Of a stretch of DNA of 64,000 nt, positions 45,343-55,838 are shown piece after piece. The notes under the pieces were generated by a model. It was not told where the DNA came from. It made no database searches and saw nothing but the letters and a program-made list of their open reading frames with translations. A program made the position numbers and the translations under genes. The stretch spans positions 25-64,024 of the forward strand of contig CALIAF010000005.1 in the NCBI GenBank assembly GCA_938041335.1. Reading direction: 5' to 3'. The stretch comes from an uncultured Ulvibacter sp. GTDB lineage: Bacteria; Bacteroidota; Bacteroidia; Flavobacteriales; Flavobacteriaceae. How positions within the stretch are numbered: position 1 is the first letter of the stretch; the number at the start of each line of letters is the position of its first letter.

Positions 45343-46635
45343 TAAATCCTGCACTTTTAGTGTTAATATAGGACCTATTTCAAACGAAGCACCCTCAAGT
45401 TCTTCTTTTATCTGACTCACTTTTTCTTCTAGTCCATTGGCTTTATAAACATATGCCGCATGTATAAGTGCCATAGGCTCTTCTGTTTTCTCTGCTATAT
45501 AAGTTTCTATCGTTGTTAGCGCTTCTTTATGTAAACCACTTTTTAATTGCGCTAATGCCAATAAATGATAAGTCTCTGGAGTAGCTCTATTTAAAACTTC
45601 TTGCTTAGCAATGGCCAATGCTTTGTCTGGATTGGTATCTGCATAAAATTCAATGAAATATGCAGTATACATTAGGCCATAATCCGGATTCATTGCAGCG
45701 GCTTCAAACAAGCTTAGGTTCTTATGCATTGCAGCTTCATTACCATCAAATTCTGCTATTTCGGCTTTAAGTAAATAATAATCCGGAACTTTATGTGATT
45801 GTAATAATTTGTCTAAAATTCTATTTGCCTCTACAGTATCGTTTTCATAGGCATAGGCAATCCAGGCAATGCTCTTTTTAGCGTAGGCATTATCTGGCTG
45901 TAGCGCTAGTGTTTTTAAATACATATGGTAGGCATCTTCAATACGACCTGCATGACCATAAAAATCACCAAGATTGGTATAGGTCCATACTTTTAATGGT
46001 TTTAAACCTCCTGACTCTGCAATAACTAAAGCTTGTTCTAAATATTTAATAGCAGCATCCAAATCTCCACGGTAATCACTCCATTTTGCAAGACGTATTA
46101 AATAGTGATAATCTTTGGTATTCTTTACGCGCTCTAACTTCTCAAAAGCTTTGTCGTATAATCCCGTCTCCATATAGGCATCAAATAGTTGCAATGCCGT
46201 ATCTCTTTTGTTATTAGGACCAGCATAAGTACCTTCTAAAAGCTGTTGTGCTTCTTTAAAACGGTGCTGCGAGATGTAATTTTGAGCTAAACTTCGAGCA
46301 TATCCATTTTTATTTGTTGCCGAAATATGATAGGCTTTCTTATATAGGGCTTCTGCATTTTTTAAATATGACACATCACCTGTTGCCGTGAACAATGCTG
46401 CATAAGACCCAGCTAATGGCCCCAAATCGCCTACACCACTACTGTCTGGCGCTAATCGCTTTAGCCAGAATTCATTATTCTTTTTGGCGCTTAAATAGCT
46501 TTCTTTATCACGCTCTAAATAGGCGTTATAGTCTTCACTATTTAAAATAGTCACATGTTTTTCTTCAATTGAATCACAGGAGAAACACATAACACTAAGA
46601 AGAGATAATAAGATCAACTGATTTATCATTTTCAT
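45340..46635 (-). CDS. TPR-repeat lipoprotein of the DUF4331 cluster
   Basis: Lipobox FSC; TPR-like helices (YTNLGDFYGHAG...AYHMYLKTLALQPDNAYA). Confidence 0.82.
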   Translation of the reverse strand: MKMINQLILLSLLSVMCFSCDSIEEKHVTILNSEDYNAYLERDKESYLSAKKNNEFWLKRLAPDSSGVGDLGPLAGSYAALFTATGDVSYLKNAEALYKKAYHISATNKNGYARSLAQNYISQHRFKEAQQLLEGTYAGPNNKRDTALQLFDAYMETGLYDKAFEKLERVKNTKDYHYLIRLAKWSDYRGDLDAAIKYLEQALVIAESGGLKPLKVWTYTNLGDFYGHAGRIEDAYHMYLKTLALQPDNAYAKKSIAWIAYAYENDTVEANRILDKLLQSHKVPDYYLLKAEIAEFDGNEAAMHKNLSLFEAAAMNPDYGLMYTAYFIEFYADTNPDKALAIAKQEVLNRATPETYHLLALAQLKSGLHKEALTTIETYIAEKTEEPMALIHAAYVYKANGLEEKVSQIKEELEGASFEIGPILTLKVQDL

Positions 46636-46653
46636 ACACTTAGTTTTAAAACA

Positions 46654-46683
46654 AAGAAAAGAGCAATCTCTTGCTCTTTTCTT
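46654..46683 (-). terminator. Intra-operon stem-loop between the DUF4331 and TPR genes
   Basis: AAGAAAAGAGCAA-tctc-TTGCTCTTTTCTT. Confidence 0.65.
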
Positions 46684-46702
46684 CTGTAAATTAATTGTTT
46701 TA

Positions 46703-47410
46703 CTAGTTATTAGGAGTCTCTAAATATGGGAATCCTCCTACTACTCTATCTCCAAAATCAACCCCATCTGAAGTTAATTGAGGGGTATCTGGCATACCGT
46801 CACCATCAGTATCTGATCCATCAAAACGTGTTCCTGTAGTCCCACCAAACATTAAGGTAAGTGAAATATCAATCACATCGTCATTAATTGTTCTACCAGT
46901 TAAAGCATTCACACCATCAAAATAGGTGGTTGTTCCATTTGGTGCAACCTGTAAGGCATCTGTATTTGCCAATACAAAAGCAAAAGTAGGTGCATCAAGA
47001 CCTAAAATGTTTGTCTCATAATCTAAATCTGCTGGATCAATACCTAGTGAGGCAGCATATACATCATGATAGAACTCTAGTCTATCATCAAATTTTTGAG
47101 CAAAACTCGCTCGGTCTGCGTGCAGTGCCAAGTTAAAGTCATTTTTATCGCCATCGTTATCATTAAAAACGGTGTTTATACCCGGACGTCCCATAGCATC
47201 TTCTTGTGTATAATCACCAGAAAAATCTATTGCCGTTGCACAAGGTTCGCAGGCGGTACCACCACAGTCAACTCCTTCTTCGTCACCATTCTGTACCCCA
47301 TCATCGCAGGTTACTTGTATTATTACGTTATCGTCATCGTTACCACAAGCTACAAAAGTTAATGCAGCACAGATAGTAAGTATATATATTGGAAAATTAT
47401 ATGTTTTCAT
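46703..47410 (-). CDS. DUF4331-like lipoprotein with Cys-rich insert (start moved to 47410)
   Basis: Lipobox VAC; CDDGVQNGDEEGVDCGGTACEPC; QEDAMGRPGINT; GRTINDDVIDISL; FPYL. Confidence 0.8.
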   Translation of the reverse strand: MKTYNFPIYILTICAALTFVACGNDDDNVIIQVTCDDGVQNGDEEGVDCGGTACEPCATAIDFSGDYTQEDAMGRPGINTVFNDNDGDKNDFNLALHADRASFAQKFDDRLEFYHDVYAASLGIDPADLDYETNILGLDAPTFAFVLANTDALQVAPNGTTTYFDGVNALTGRTINDDVIDISLTLMFGGTTGTRFDGSDTDGDGMPDTPQLTSDGVDFGDRVVGGFPYLETPNN

Positions 47411-47436
47411 AGTATCTAATTTAATGTTGTTATTAA

Positions 47437-48156
47437 TTACTGCTTTCTTTTTGTAGTTACCCAAACGTTATATGCATCTGGTAATGCTCCTTCTGGAAAC
47501 AAACCGGCTGCCACAGCAACGTGCGTTGGTGCTGGACCTAACATTGCGTTTGGTACCTCAACACTTACGGCTAATACATTTAAGTCTTCAAAGAAATCTG
47601 AAGCTTCTCCTGGAGGTAAAAATCCTTCTGGAGCTACTGCACCAGAAATTACCGCATTAAATCTATTAAAGTCAAAGAAAAAACCATCTCTTCTTGGTCC
47701 TGCAAAAATTGACATTCCGTCTTCAGTAGTTACCTGTAAATCATCAGATGTAGAAATACGTACACTTCGCATTGGTCCAGATGTTTCTATTTGTCCAGTA
47801 ATACCAACAGCAGTTGGGACAACAGGTCCAAAAACATACATAGAATCTCCTCTTTTAACAGCTTGTATTACTAAGTCTTCCACAAAATCGCCATCATTAT
47901 CAATATTAAATTGAATCACAACATCTTCATCAAACTCAGCATTAGTGGTAACGTCTCCTGGCGTTAATGGTCCTTGAACAGTTGCAATTAAAACGGTATT
48001 ATTGGGATTGTCTCCCTCAAAAGCGTATAAATCTGCAATATCAGAAGAAGTTGATGCTACACCTGGTGCATCAATGTGATCTGCTGAAGTAAGGAAAAAT
48101 GCTGCCGAAGCTAAAAGCACTCCACCTACTACCCCAAATAATTTCATTTTTTTCAT
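47437..48156 (-). CDS. DUF4331-family protein
   Basis: SADHIDAP, DIADLYAF, FAGPRRDGFFFD, NVLAVSVEVP. Confidence 0.85.
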   Translation of the reverse strand: MKKMKLFGVVGGVLLASAAFFLTSADHIDAPGVASTSSDIADLYAFEGDNPNNTVLIATVQGPLTPGDVTTNAEFDEDVVIQFNIDNDGDFVEDLVIQAVKRGDSMYVFGPVVPTAVGITGQIETSGPMRSVRISTSDDLQVTTEDGMSIFAGPRRDGFFFDFNRFNAVISGAVAPEGFLPPGEASDFFEDLNVLAVSVEVPNAMLGPAPTHVAVAAGLFPEGALPDAYNVWVTTKRKQ

Positions 48157-48191
48157 AGTTATGGTTTAAATTAATATTAAGTTATATCTTA

Positions 48192-48220
48192 GTTACGTTA
48201 AATTTGCAATAATGGTTTTA
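48192..48220 (-). promoter_or_regulatory. ECF-type promoter of the DUF4331 operon
   Basis: Minus strand TAAAACC-N16-CGTAAC (AAC/CGT ECF-like cores), 35 nt upstream of the start codon. Confidence 0.65.
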
Positions 48221-48285
48221 TACAAGACGATAATAATCTGTTAATGTATCTTTACTAACGTTTTTTTTGCTAAATCTTATTTAAA

Positions 48286-49494
48286 ATGGCCATAAATCCT
48301 GCAAGTTCTGGTTGGATCAACAAATATATAAGTTTATTACCTATTCCGTTTCATGAAATGCAACCTCTTCATCAAAAGGAGGTATATAATGTATTAGTTA
48401 AAACGGGTTTCTTTTATGGTGTGTCTAGTGAAATTGCGCTGATCCCACAATTTGATAATAGTATATTTAGTATAGATGATTATACAAAAGTCAACTTGTT
48501 TACGGCTTTACTACTCACCTATAAAAGTCAGTATCCAGATGCTCAAATAGAAGAGGCACTCAAAGCCATCGAGAAATTTTACTCGTCTATTGATAAAGGA
48601 AGAAAAGGAATACTTTCGCTTATTAATTTTTCTAAAGATACCGTATCAAACCTTGAGGCGATGCTTTCTGCGAGGCTTCAAGAATCAAACCCAATTATCA
48701 AGAAAGGATCTTCTTCTTTTTTCACATTAGTGGTGTTAAGCATAGATATTATAGCTTTTTACGGGTATTTAATAAGACCTAGAAATAACATAAAAACATA
48801 TGCTCAACTAGAATTTATCTATAATCGAGTTAGCTATCTTGCCTTAGATGCAAAGTTTAACAAGACCAAACATGATTTAAATATGTTGGCTTTATTTAAA
48901 GAAACTTTTTCTGTTAATCCATCTAACGATTTTATTATCAAGAAAGATTATTTTGAGTTGCCGCGTCCTATTCAAGAAAATGAACTGCTTAAAAACCAAC
49001 TAATCAACCTTTGTTTACTCGCTATTCACGATGACAAGGAGATTGACAGTTCAGAATTAGCTTTTCTAAGTTTATTAGCAAAAGAGCTAGGTGTTCAAGA
49101 ACTGGATGTTTCAGAAAATATAAATGATCTTTATAGCTTTAAAGATTCTTATGGGAAAAAAATTCGCTTGTTCTCCAATGAAAATCCAGTAAAACACTTC
49201 TATAAAGAGACCTCACGTGCGGTAAAAGTGCTTATCTTAAAAAATGCAGATCGCATAGTAAAAGAACTCGTTGAGAGTAAAGAACTGGTCCAACTCATGG
49301 GGCAATCTACTTTACGGGATTTAGATGATGATGAAAAGAAAAAAGTGAAAGAACAATTGCTTGATATCTGCAAAACGATTCCTTCACTTACTATATTTAT
49401 TATCCCTGGTGGTTCTCTACTCTTGCCACTACTCATAAAATTGATCCCGCAATTACTCCCTTCTGCGTTTAATGAAAATAGAATTGAGGACTAA
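48286..49494 (+). CDS. LETM1-related protein
   Basis: MAINPASSGWI start; C-terminal ELVESKELVQL...QLLDICKTIPSLTIFIIPGGSLLLPLL. Confidence 0.8.
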   Translation: MAINPASSGWINKYISLLPIPFHEMQPLHQKEVYNVLVKTGFFYGVSSEIALIPQFDNSIFSIDDYTKVNLFTALLLTYKSQYPDAQIEEALKAIEKFYSSIDKGRKGILSLINFSKDTVSNLEAMLSARLQESNPIIKKGSSSFFTLVVLSIDIIAFYGYLIRPRNNIKTYAQLEFIYNRVSYLALDAKFNKTKHDLNMLALFKETFSVNPSNDFIIKKDYFELPRPIQENELLKNQLINLCLLAIHDDKEIDSSELAFLSLLAKELGVQELDVSENINDLYSFKDSYGKKIRLFSNENPVKHFYKETSRAVKVLILKNADRIVKELVESKELVQLMGQSTLRDLDDDEKKKVKEQLLDICKTIPSLTIFIIPGGSLLLPLLIKLIPQLLPSAFNENRIED

Positions 49495-49505
49495 TTTAAT
49501 TTTAA

Positions 49506-50261
49506 TTACTCTAACCAAAGCTTAAAGTCTTTCACCTTTTCCCTTGCGACAATTACTGGTTGTTCTTTAAAGGAGTTCAATTTTAATTCTAATCTAGAGT
49601 TGGTATAAGAAATAATGTCTTTAATAGCGTTCACGTTAATATAGAACTTACGACTTATTCTAAAAAAAACTTCTGGAGAAATCTCTCCCTCTAGCTGCTC
49701 AAGTGTGGTATCCAATAAATAATTTCTACCATCAACTGTATGTGCATACGTCCCTTTATTTTCTGAATAGAAACACTCAATCTCATCAACTGGTATCATT
49801 TTAATATGCTGCCCAATCTTAGTGGTAAAGCGCTTTTTATATTCTCGCTCTACAGGATTAGTCAGTAATTTTTTTATGTCCTCAAAATCTATTTCCAGCT
49901 TTTGTTTTTTGGGGCTAAACTCTCGATACTTCTCCACTGCTTTTTCTAGATCATCTTCATCTATTGGTTTTAATAAATAATCAATGCTGTTTAATTTAAA
50001 AGCTTGCAATGCATATTCGTCAAAGGCCGTTGTAAAAATAATGGCGCTGCGAACATCTATCGTTTCAAAAATCTCAAAGGAAAGCCCGTCGCTTAATTGT
50101 ATATCTAAAAAGATGAGATCTGGTTGTTCGTTTTGAGAAAACCACGCTATCGATTCTTCTACGCTATGCAGTTGCTCGTTAACAGTTACATCAAGCCGTT
50201 CTAGCATACGCTGCAATCTTCTTGCAGAGGGTCTTTCATCTTCTATTATTATTACATTCAT
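49506..50261 (-). CDS. LytTR-family response regulator
   Basis: IIEDE, FLDIQL, FTTAFDEYA, DYLLKP; LytTR FFRISRKFYIN. Confidence 0.95.
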   Translation of the reverse strand: MNVIIIEDERPSARRLQRMLERLDVTVNEQLHSVEESIAWFSQNEQPDLIFLDIQLSDGLSFEIFETIDVRSAIIFTTAFDEYALQAFKLNSIDYLLKPIDEDDLEKAVEKYREFSPKKQKLEIDFEDIKKLLTNPVEREYKKRFTTKIGQHIKMIPVDEIECFYSENKGTYAHTVDGRNYLLDTTLEQLEGEISPEVFFRISRKFYINVNAIKDIISYTNSRLELKLNSFKEQPVIVAREKVKDFKLWLE

Positions 50262-50281
50262 AGGTTTCTTAATCTGAAATT

Positions 50282-50599
50282 TTAATACTTGAAATTATTG
50301 TCATCATGCTCCATTAGCTCTTTCATCTTACGCTCTTCCCATCGCTTCACAAAACCGAATGATGGCACAAACACTGCTAATCCGTGAATGGACAATCCTA
50401 TTCCCCAGAATACTGGTGTCGAAAGATACTTCCAAAAACCATATCCCTGGCCTTCGCTAAAATCAGTAAAAAAATTAGAGTTTGCGGCTAGAATAAACAC
50501 ATTTACTAGTATAAATACTGATAAATGAGAGTAAAAACCTTTAATCTTTTTTATTCTCTTACGGGCTTTAACCACTCTAATGTCTTCTATATCTTCCAT
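50282..50599 (-). CDS. 2TM-domain protein
   Basis: ARKRIKKIKGFYSHL, WGIGLSIHG, WEERKMKELM. Confidence 0.85.
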   Translation of the reverse strand: MEDIEDIRVVKARKRIKKIKGFYSHLSVFILVNVFILAANSNFFTDFSEGQGYGFWKYLSTPVFWGIGLSIHGLAVFVPSFGFVKRWEERKMKELMEHDDNNFKY

Positions 50600-50602
50600 A
50601 AT

Positions 50603-50908
50603 TTATCTATTAAAATTAGATTTATTTTCTTCATCCATTAATTCTTTCATCTTACGCTCTTCCCAGTCTTTACCAAAAAAGGGATTCCAATCAAAGGCTT
50701 TAGCCGCTTGAAAAATAAGTCCTATTCCCCAACCAAAAGCGGCCCATAAAAACCAAGGGTGTCTCCATTCATTAATGTAATAATTAAGTCCTCCCAAAAG
50801 AGAAATAAACACTACATAGCTCATTAAGCTCGTGTAAAATTTCTTCATTTCTTTTACACGGTCCTTTGCTTTGTAATACGCATCGTCTTTTCTAATAGGT
50901 TCCATCAT
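50603..50908 (-). CDS. 2TM-domain protein
   Basis: AKDRVKEMKKFYTSL, WGIGL, GKDWEERKMKELM. Confidence 0.85.
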   Translation of the reverse strand: MMEPIRKDDAYYKAKDRVKEMKKFYTSLMSYVVFISLLGGLNYYINEWRHPWFLWAAFGWGIGLIFQAAKAFDWNPFFGKDWEERKMKELMDEENKSNFNR

Positions 50909-50931
50909 TTGTTTTTTATTGGTTTATACTA

Positions 50932-51002
50932 TAAAGATACCCAAGGTTTACGTGACTTTAAATTACTTAGTGCTCAACTGTTGAATACGATAGACCAAAT
51001 GT
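50932..51002 (-). promoter_or_regulatory. LytTR-type tandem boxes plus -7 element (2TM-2TM-lytTR unit)
   Basis: Minus strand ACATTTGGT...ACAGTTGAG at 21-bp period; -7 TATCTTTA at 50932-50939. Confidence 0.75.
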
Positions 51003-52336
51003 TAATCTTCTTTATCCAGCATTTCTTTAATCTTTCTATCTTCCCAATCTTTACCAAAAAAGGGGTTCCAATTAAAAGTCTCTGCCGCATGACCAGCAAC
51101 TCCAAACCCCCAACCACCTATTGGGAATATCGCCCAAGGAAAACCAGCATTAGATTGATAGTTTAACCAAATAAAAATAGGTACAAACAAAAGATATATT
51201 GCAAAGTGAACATAAAACCCTTTCATTTTATCCACCTGATCCTTTGCATTCTCATATCGTTTTTCGCTGATGTATGTATCCTGGGTTTTCATAACTTTTA
51301 TGTTTTGTGTGATTATAGGTATGGAAATTTTAAATAGGTCCTGGCTATGTTCAATCTGTACTATTTCCGAAGTTAATATAGCATACCGTTGCTTTATATT
51401 ACGTAGCCCAACTCCACTGCTCTCTTTTAAAGTTTGCTTGACCTGTACGTTATTAGTCACCGTTAGTGTGCCTTCATTTTCTGTGATAGTGATGTATAAT
51501 TTTTTTGAAGGGGTTACTTGATTGTGCTTTACTGCATTCTCTAATAACAATTGCAAGGCTAAGGGCACCACCTTGCCCTCAGGATTCATCAATTTTTCTG
51601 GAGTTGTAAAAACAATACTATCTTCAAAACGCATTTTTAAAAGTGACATATATAAATGTGCAAACTTGATTTCTTCTTCTATGGTTACAAGTTCTTTGTT
51701 TTTCTGTTCTAAAACATATCTATATACCTTTGATAATGCAGTGGTAAATCGTGTTGCTGCTTCTGGGTTTTCTTCTATTAGACTGGTTAATACATTAAGG
51801 CTATTAAATAAAAAATGAGGATCTAACTGGTTTTTTAAGGCATCAAACTGGGCAGAAGCTACGCCCGCTATTATTTTTTGCTCCTTTACACGATTGTCTT
51901 GCTTACTTTTATAATAGTATAAGAAATAGAATATCGTGCTTATTATAACCGAAATCGTGAATCCAATGGTGTAATAAGCTAATGATTCTCGTGTAATAAA
52001 ATCGGTATAGCTCCTATCATACACTACAACCGCAGTAAACAGTCGTATTAAAAACATAGTACTCAAAGTTGCTATAATACCTAAGGCGATACCTTTTATT
52101 AAATTTTTAAATTTAAATAAAGCAGGGCCGTATGTTCTCATCATATAGTTTATAACCAAGTCATTTGCCAGGTATAAGAGGACAGAATAGACTTGATTAT
52201 AGATAAATTGTTCTAGAAGTGCATCATCTAGAGAAAAGCTATAGCCGTTTACAAAATACTGATAGATCCCTAAAAAAAGGAATATTACAATACCTATTAA
52301 GAATGCTTGTACTATTTTGCCTAAATATTGTTTCAT
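51002..52336 (-). CDS. LytS-like sensor histidine kinase with C-terminal 2TM domain
   Basis: LKNQLDPHFLFNSLN, LLLENAVKHN, SGVGLRNI; terminal 2TM WNPFFGKDWEDRKIKE. Confidence 0.92.
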   Translation of the reverse strand: MKQYLGKIVQAFLIGIVIFLFLGIYQYFVNGYSFSLDDALLEQFIYNQVYSVLLYLANDLVINYMMRTYGPALFKFKNLIKGIALGIIATLSTMFLIRLFTAVVVYDRSYTDFITRESLAYYTIGFTISVIISTIFYFLYYYKSKQDNRVKEQKIIAGVASAQFDALKNQLDPHFLFNSLNVLTSLIEENPEAATRFTTALSKVYRYVLEQKNKELVTIEEEIKFAHLYMSLLKMRFEDSIVFTTPEKLMNPEGKVVPLALQLLLENAVKHNQVTPSKKLYITITENEGTLTVTNNVQVKQTLKESSGVGLRNIKQRYAILTSEIVQIEHSQDLFKISIPIITQNIKVMKTQDTYISEKRYENAKDQVDKMKGFYVHFAIYLLFVPIFIWLNYQSNAGFPWAIFPIGGWGFGVAGHAAETFNWNPFFGKDWEDRKIKEMLDKED

Positions 52337-52965
52337 TATTCTTTACAATTGGTGTCTATAAACTCTTGTGCTCTATCGCTGCTAAATTTAGGAAAGAACG
52401 CTCCTTCCGGTTCAAAATTCTGCGATAATTCTATCGCTTTTTGCACATCTGCACAAAAAGGTTGCATAGGCTTCCCAAAATATTTTGCAGTTCCTGCATC
52501 CCATTGTGCTTTTCCAAAAATAACAATTGGATTTTCTGGGGCTAAAGCTAAGGCCTCATTATATATTGTAGTTACTTTACCAGCATATTTCATCCCGTAT
52601 GTCATACCATCAAAAGTAATCCAAGCGGTATAATATTGTCCTTCTAGGACTTTTATATAAGGATTATCTTCTTCTGTTAAACTCTTTGCCTGATTTAAAA
52701 AATCTAGCGCTTTATCCAGTTGTGCTTTTAGCACTGCTGGATCTTTCTCTCCAAAACTCTTTATTACATTAACCTGAGATGTATAATATACTGGAATCCA
52801 GTTGTCTTTTTCTGCCGTAGCGATACGTTCAAAAAGATTAGATGCTTCTCCCATTTTATTTTCTCCCCAAAGATCAAAGGCTTTTTTCATTCCAACTTCA
52901 TACTGTGACTGGGCACTAGCACTTATTGTAAAAAATGCCATACATAAATATAAAAGTGTTTTCAT
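52336..52965 (-). CDS. Secreted TPR-like hypothetical protein
   Basis: Signal peptide, helical repeats; stop/start overlap with the kinase gene. Confidence 0.75.
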   Translation of the reverse strand: MKTLLYLCMAFFTISASAQSQYEVGMKKAFDLWGENKMGEASNLFERIATAEKDNWIPVYYTSQVNVIKSFGEKDPAVLKAQLDKALDFLNQAKSLTEEDNPYIKVLEGQYYTAWITFDGMTYGMKYAGKVTTIYNEALALAPENPIVIFGKAQWDAGTAKYFGKPMQPFCADVQKAIELSQNFEPEGAFFPKFSSDRAQEFIDTNCKE

Positions 52966-53001
52966 AATTCTTATGGTATTAGTAGCTTTTTAGAGGCTAA
53001 T

Positions 53002-53460
53002 TTAGTTATTCATTTTTAAGTTGAAATTTAATGGCTCGTTTTTAAGTGTAAATTTTGCATCTGCCCATTCTGGTGGACCAAACTTTCCTGAGGCATAATT
53101 AGAATGTACGTAATCTTCTTTTGGGAACATGCCTAAAATCATATCGAGTTCTTGATTTTCATTCTCATCATGAAAAGCAGAAACAGCATACTCGCCTGCA
53201 GGAACATCATAAAAAATTACGGTTGCCGTATTATTTGAAATTGATTGAATAGATCCTATTTCAGGTTCTCCCAGAAAATTGTCCTCACTATTGTAAAGCG
53301 CGACCATTAATTTCCCATCATTCGAGTCTAGATTTGTAATAGTTACGGTAATCGATGATTGTGCTGTAAGCATCACCCCTGTAAAAAGTAAAGTTAAATA
53401 AGTAAGTACAGTTTGCATAATATGTTTGGTTTTAATGTTGGTACAAAGATGGAATAACAA
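53002..53460 (-). CDS. DUF2141-family protein (likely start 53420, MQTVL)
   Basis: GKLMVALY, VPAGEYAVSAFHDENEN, FGPPEWADAKF. Confidence 0.85.
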   Translation of the reverse strand: MLFHLCTNIKTKHIMQTVLTYLTLLFTGVMLTAQSSITVTITNLDSNDGKLMVALYNSEDNFLGEPEIGSIQSISNNTATVIFYDVPAGEYAVSAFHDENENQELDMILGMFPKEDYVHSNYASGKFGPPEWADAKFTLKNEPLNFNLKMNN

Positions 53461-53514
53461 GGTTCATTTTTAAAAACTATCCTACCCAACTGTCATTTTC
53501 TAGTACTGAAATGT
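53444..53514 (-). promoter_or_regulatory. LytTR-type tandem boxes plus -7 element (DUF2141-TPR-kinase unit)
   Basis: Minus strand ACATTTCAG...ACAGTTGGG at 21-bp period; -7 CATCTTTG at 53444-53451. Confidence 0.78.
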
Positions 53515-53636
53515 CAAAATTATTTGCGATTTCTGGTTTCTGGCTTAGGACTGCTGTTTGTATTCAATTCAATTTTCGTTTCCAAGCGCTAACTATCCAC
53601 TAAACACTATTTACTAGATACTTAATACCCACTTTT

Positions 53637-55814
53637 TTAAAGCTTATCTAACTGATTATCACTCCCATCTTCACTGATAGTAATAAACAGCCCAATAAAG
53701 AAAAACTGATCTGCCGCTGGACGCAATGTTCTCCTATCAAAATTACCCAAGGGATTGGGAGTATCCGCATACTGGTACCCATTTACATTTTTGAAATTTG
53801 TAATATTATTTACAGAAGCGTAAAGTATGGTTTGCTCAGATAATAAATACGCCCAGTTGACGCTCAAATTATTGTACCCTTTAGTTTTCTGACTTAAAAA
53901 TCCGTCAAGATTGGGATCTGTATAACTACGTCCACTCCCGTATTGATAACTAAAGCCAACTTGGCTTTTCCAGTCTTCTATCCAGTATTTACCTACTACA
54001 GAAAAATTGTGTGTGTTAGCAAAATTAGGCGTTGCTGCTATAGGATAGTTTAAATATTCCCTTTCGCTATCTAAGTATGAATAGCTTACCCAGTAATCTG
54101 TATTTTTAATGGTGCTGTTGTCTCTAAAAAACAAATCAAGTCCTTGTGCATATCCTTTACCATCTGTGCCATAAGCACTATCAAAAGAAGCCATAGGGTC
54201 TGTAAAAGTAACTAGGTTAGTATATTCTTTTCTGAAAATTTCCGCACGGAAAATTCGGTCATTTGCCGTGTACTGGTAATTGGCAATAAAGTGTTGGGAC
54301 TTAGCTGCATGTAGATCTTCTGTATATTTTAAATAAGCACTTTGCGGTTGTTGATAAAAGTCTCCATAGGCAACCGATAACTGGCTATTCTTACCTGTTT
54401 TATAGGCTAATGAGATTCTTGGTGCTACCGTAGCCTCTTTAAAAAGATCACTATAACTACCTCTTAGCCCTAGTTTTACAGCAAATTTTCTGCTAAACAC
54501 ATAATCTGCTTCTGTAAATAACGCCGTGATATTATTATCGTATCCTATTTTTCCACTTGCAAAAGGAGTATCAAAGCGTTCATCAAAATCTGTCATAAAT
54601 TGTTCTGCTCCAAAGCTCCACTTAAATTTACTATTAAAGCTCTTGTGCACTTTGGCTTTTACATGAATTGATTTCTCGTCTGTATGAATAGCAGCCGTAT
54701 CAAAATCTGTTTTGTTATTGGTGTAGGTATAACTCCCACCAGTAAGCAACTTCCATTTATTCCCCAATGGAGCTTGATAACTTAGATTTGCGTAGAAGTT
54801 ATTATTTTTTAGTCCAAAAAGAATACCGTCTTCAACATTAATATCTTCTAGGGTTAATTTAAAATTAGTCGTGTCAAAAGCGGCATATGCTTTTAAGAGT
54901 CCATCTCCTATTTTGTGTCTATAGACCGTTTCTCCAGAAAGCACCTCAAAAGGTTTTTCCCATTCATTACGGTCTGGCAATAATGCTACATATGGAGCAA
55001 GATTAATATAGGAACCATTTACGCTTAAAGAAGAATTATCCCATTTTTGTGTGTTACCCAAAGCACCACCCACAGTCATAATTCCAATTTCTGTTTTTTC
55101 TTGATCCGGCTCGTCTATCGTATTTAATAGTAATACAGATGACAAAGCTTCTCCATACTCTGCGCTATAACCACCTGTGCTAAATGTAATCCCATCAAAC
55201 AAAAATGGACTATACCTTCCTCTAGTAGGTGTGTTTGCCGTTGTGGGTGTGTAAGGGCTAAATACTCTTAAACCATCAATAAAAATCTGTGTCTCATTAG
55301 CATCACCCCCGCGTACAAAGAGCCTTCCATCTTCTGCCACCGTGGTTGTACCTGGTAATGTTTGCAGTGCTCCTACAAAGTCACCCAATGCACTTGCCGT
55401 AGTCACTACATCTAACGGTTTTAACACAGAAACCTTACTATTATCACTTGCCTCAAACGATCCGGCAGATATGACCACCGTGTCTAGTGAGTTTACATCT
55501 TCAATTAGAACCACCTTATAATTGGTAAAAGTGGTCACCTCTTGTGTAATTTTAAAGGTTTCAAAAGAGACAAAACTCACCACCAATGTTTGTTGTCCAG
55601 TTTCATTAGTTGTAAAACTAAACGTACCATCTAATTGAGACGTTGCACCGTCATATGTGCCATCAAGATAAACGTTTGCACCAAGTATGGGCGTTCCGTT
55701 CTTTTCTGTGATGGTACCAGATATGTTTGTTTGAGCTTGCGCAAAAATGCTGAAGAAACAGCATAAGAAGACAAGTATTGAAAATTTCCGAAGAGATTGG
55801 ATGGCAAGAGTCAT
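53637..55814 (-). CDS. TonB-dependent receptor with CarboxypepD_reg-like N-terminus
   Basis: ISGTITEKNGTPILGANV, GATSQLDGTFS, plug LPGT...FVRGG...IFIDGL. Confidence 0.9.
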   Translation of the reverse strand: MTLAIQSLRKFSILVFLCCFFSIFAQAQTNISGTITEKNGTPILGANVYLDGTYDGATSQLDGTFSFTTNETGQQTLVVSFVSFETFKITQEVTTFTNYKVVLIEDVNSLDTVVISAGSFEASDNSKVSVLKPLDVVTTASALGDFVGALQTLPGTTTVAEDGRLFVRGGDANETQIFIDGLRVFSPYTPTTANTPTRGRYSPFLFDGITFSTGGYSAEYGEALSSVLLLNTIDEPDQEKTEIGIMTVGGALGNTQKWDNSSLSVNGSYINLAPYVALLPDRNEWEKPFEVLSGETVYRHKIGDGLLKAYAAFDTTNFKLTLEDINVEDGILFGLKNNNFYANLSYQAPLGNKWKLLTGGSYTYTNNKTDFDTAAIHTDEKSIHVKAKVHKSFNSKFKWSFGAEQFMTDFDERFDTPFASGKIGYDNNITALFTEADYVFSRKFAVKLGLRGSYSDLFKEATVAPRISLAYKTGKNSQLSVAYGDFYQQPQSAYLKYTEDLHAAKSQHFIANYQYTANDRIFRAEIFRKEYTNLVTFTDPMASFDSAYGTDGKGYAQGLDLFFRDNSTIKNTDYWVSYSYLDSEREYLNYPIAATPNFANTHNFSVVGKYWIEDWKSQVGFSYQYGSGRSYTDPNLDGFLSQKTKGYNNLSVNWAYLLSEQTILYASVNNITNFKNVNGYQYADTPNPLGNFDRRTLRPAADQFFFIGLFITISEDGSDNQLDKL

Positions 55815-55838
55815 AGTGATTGGTTTTAAAATCTACTA

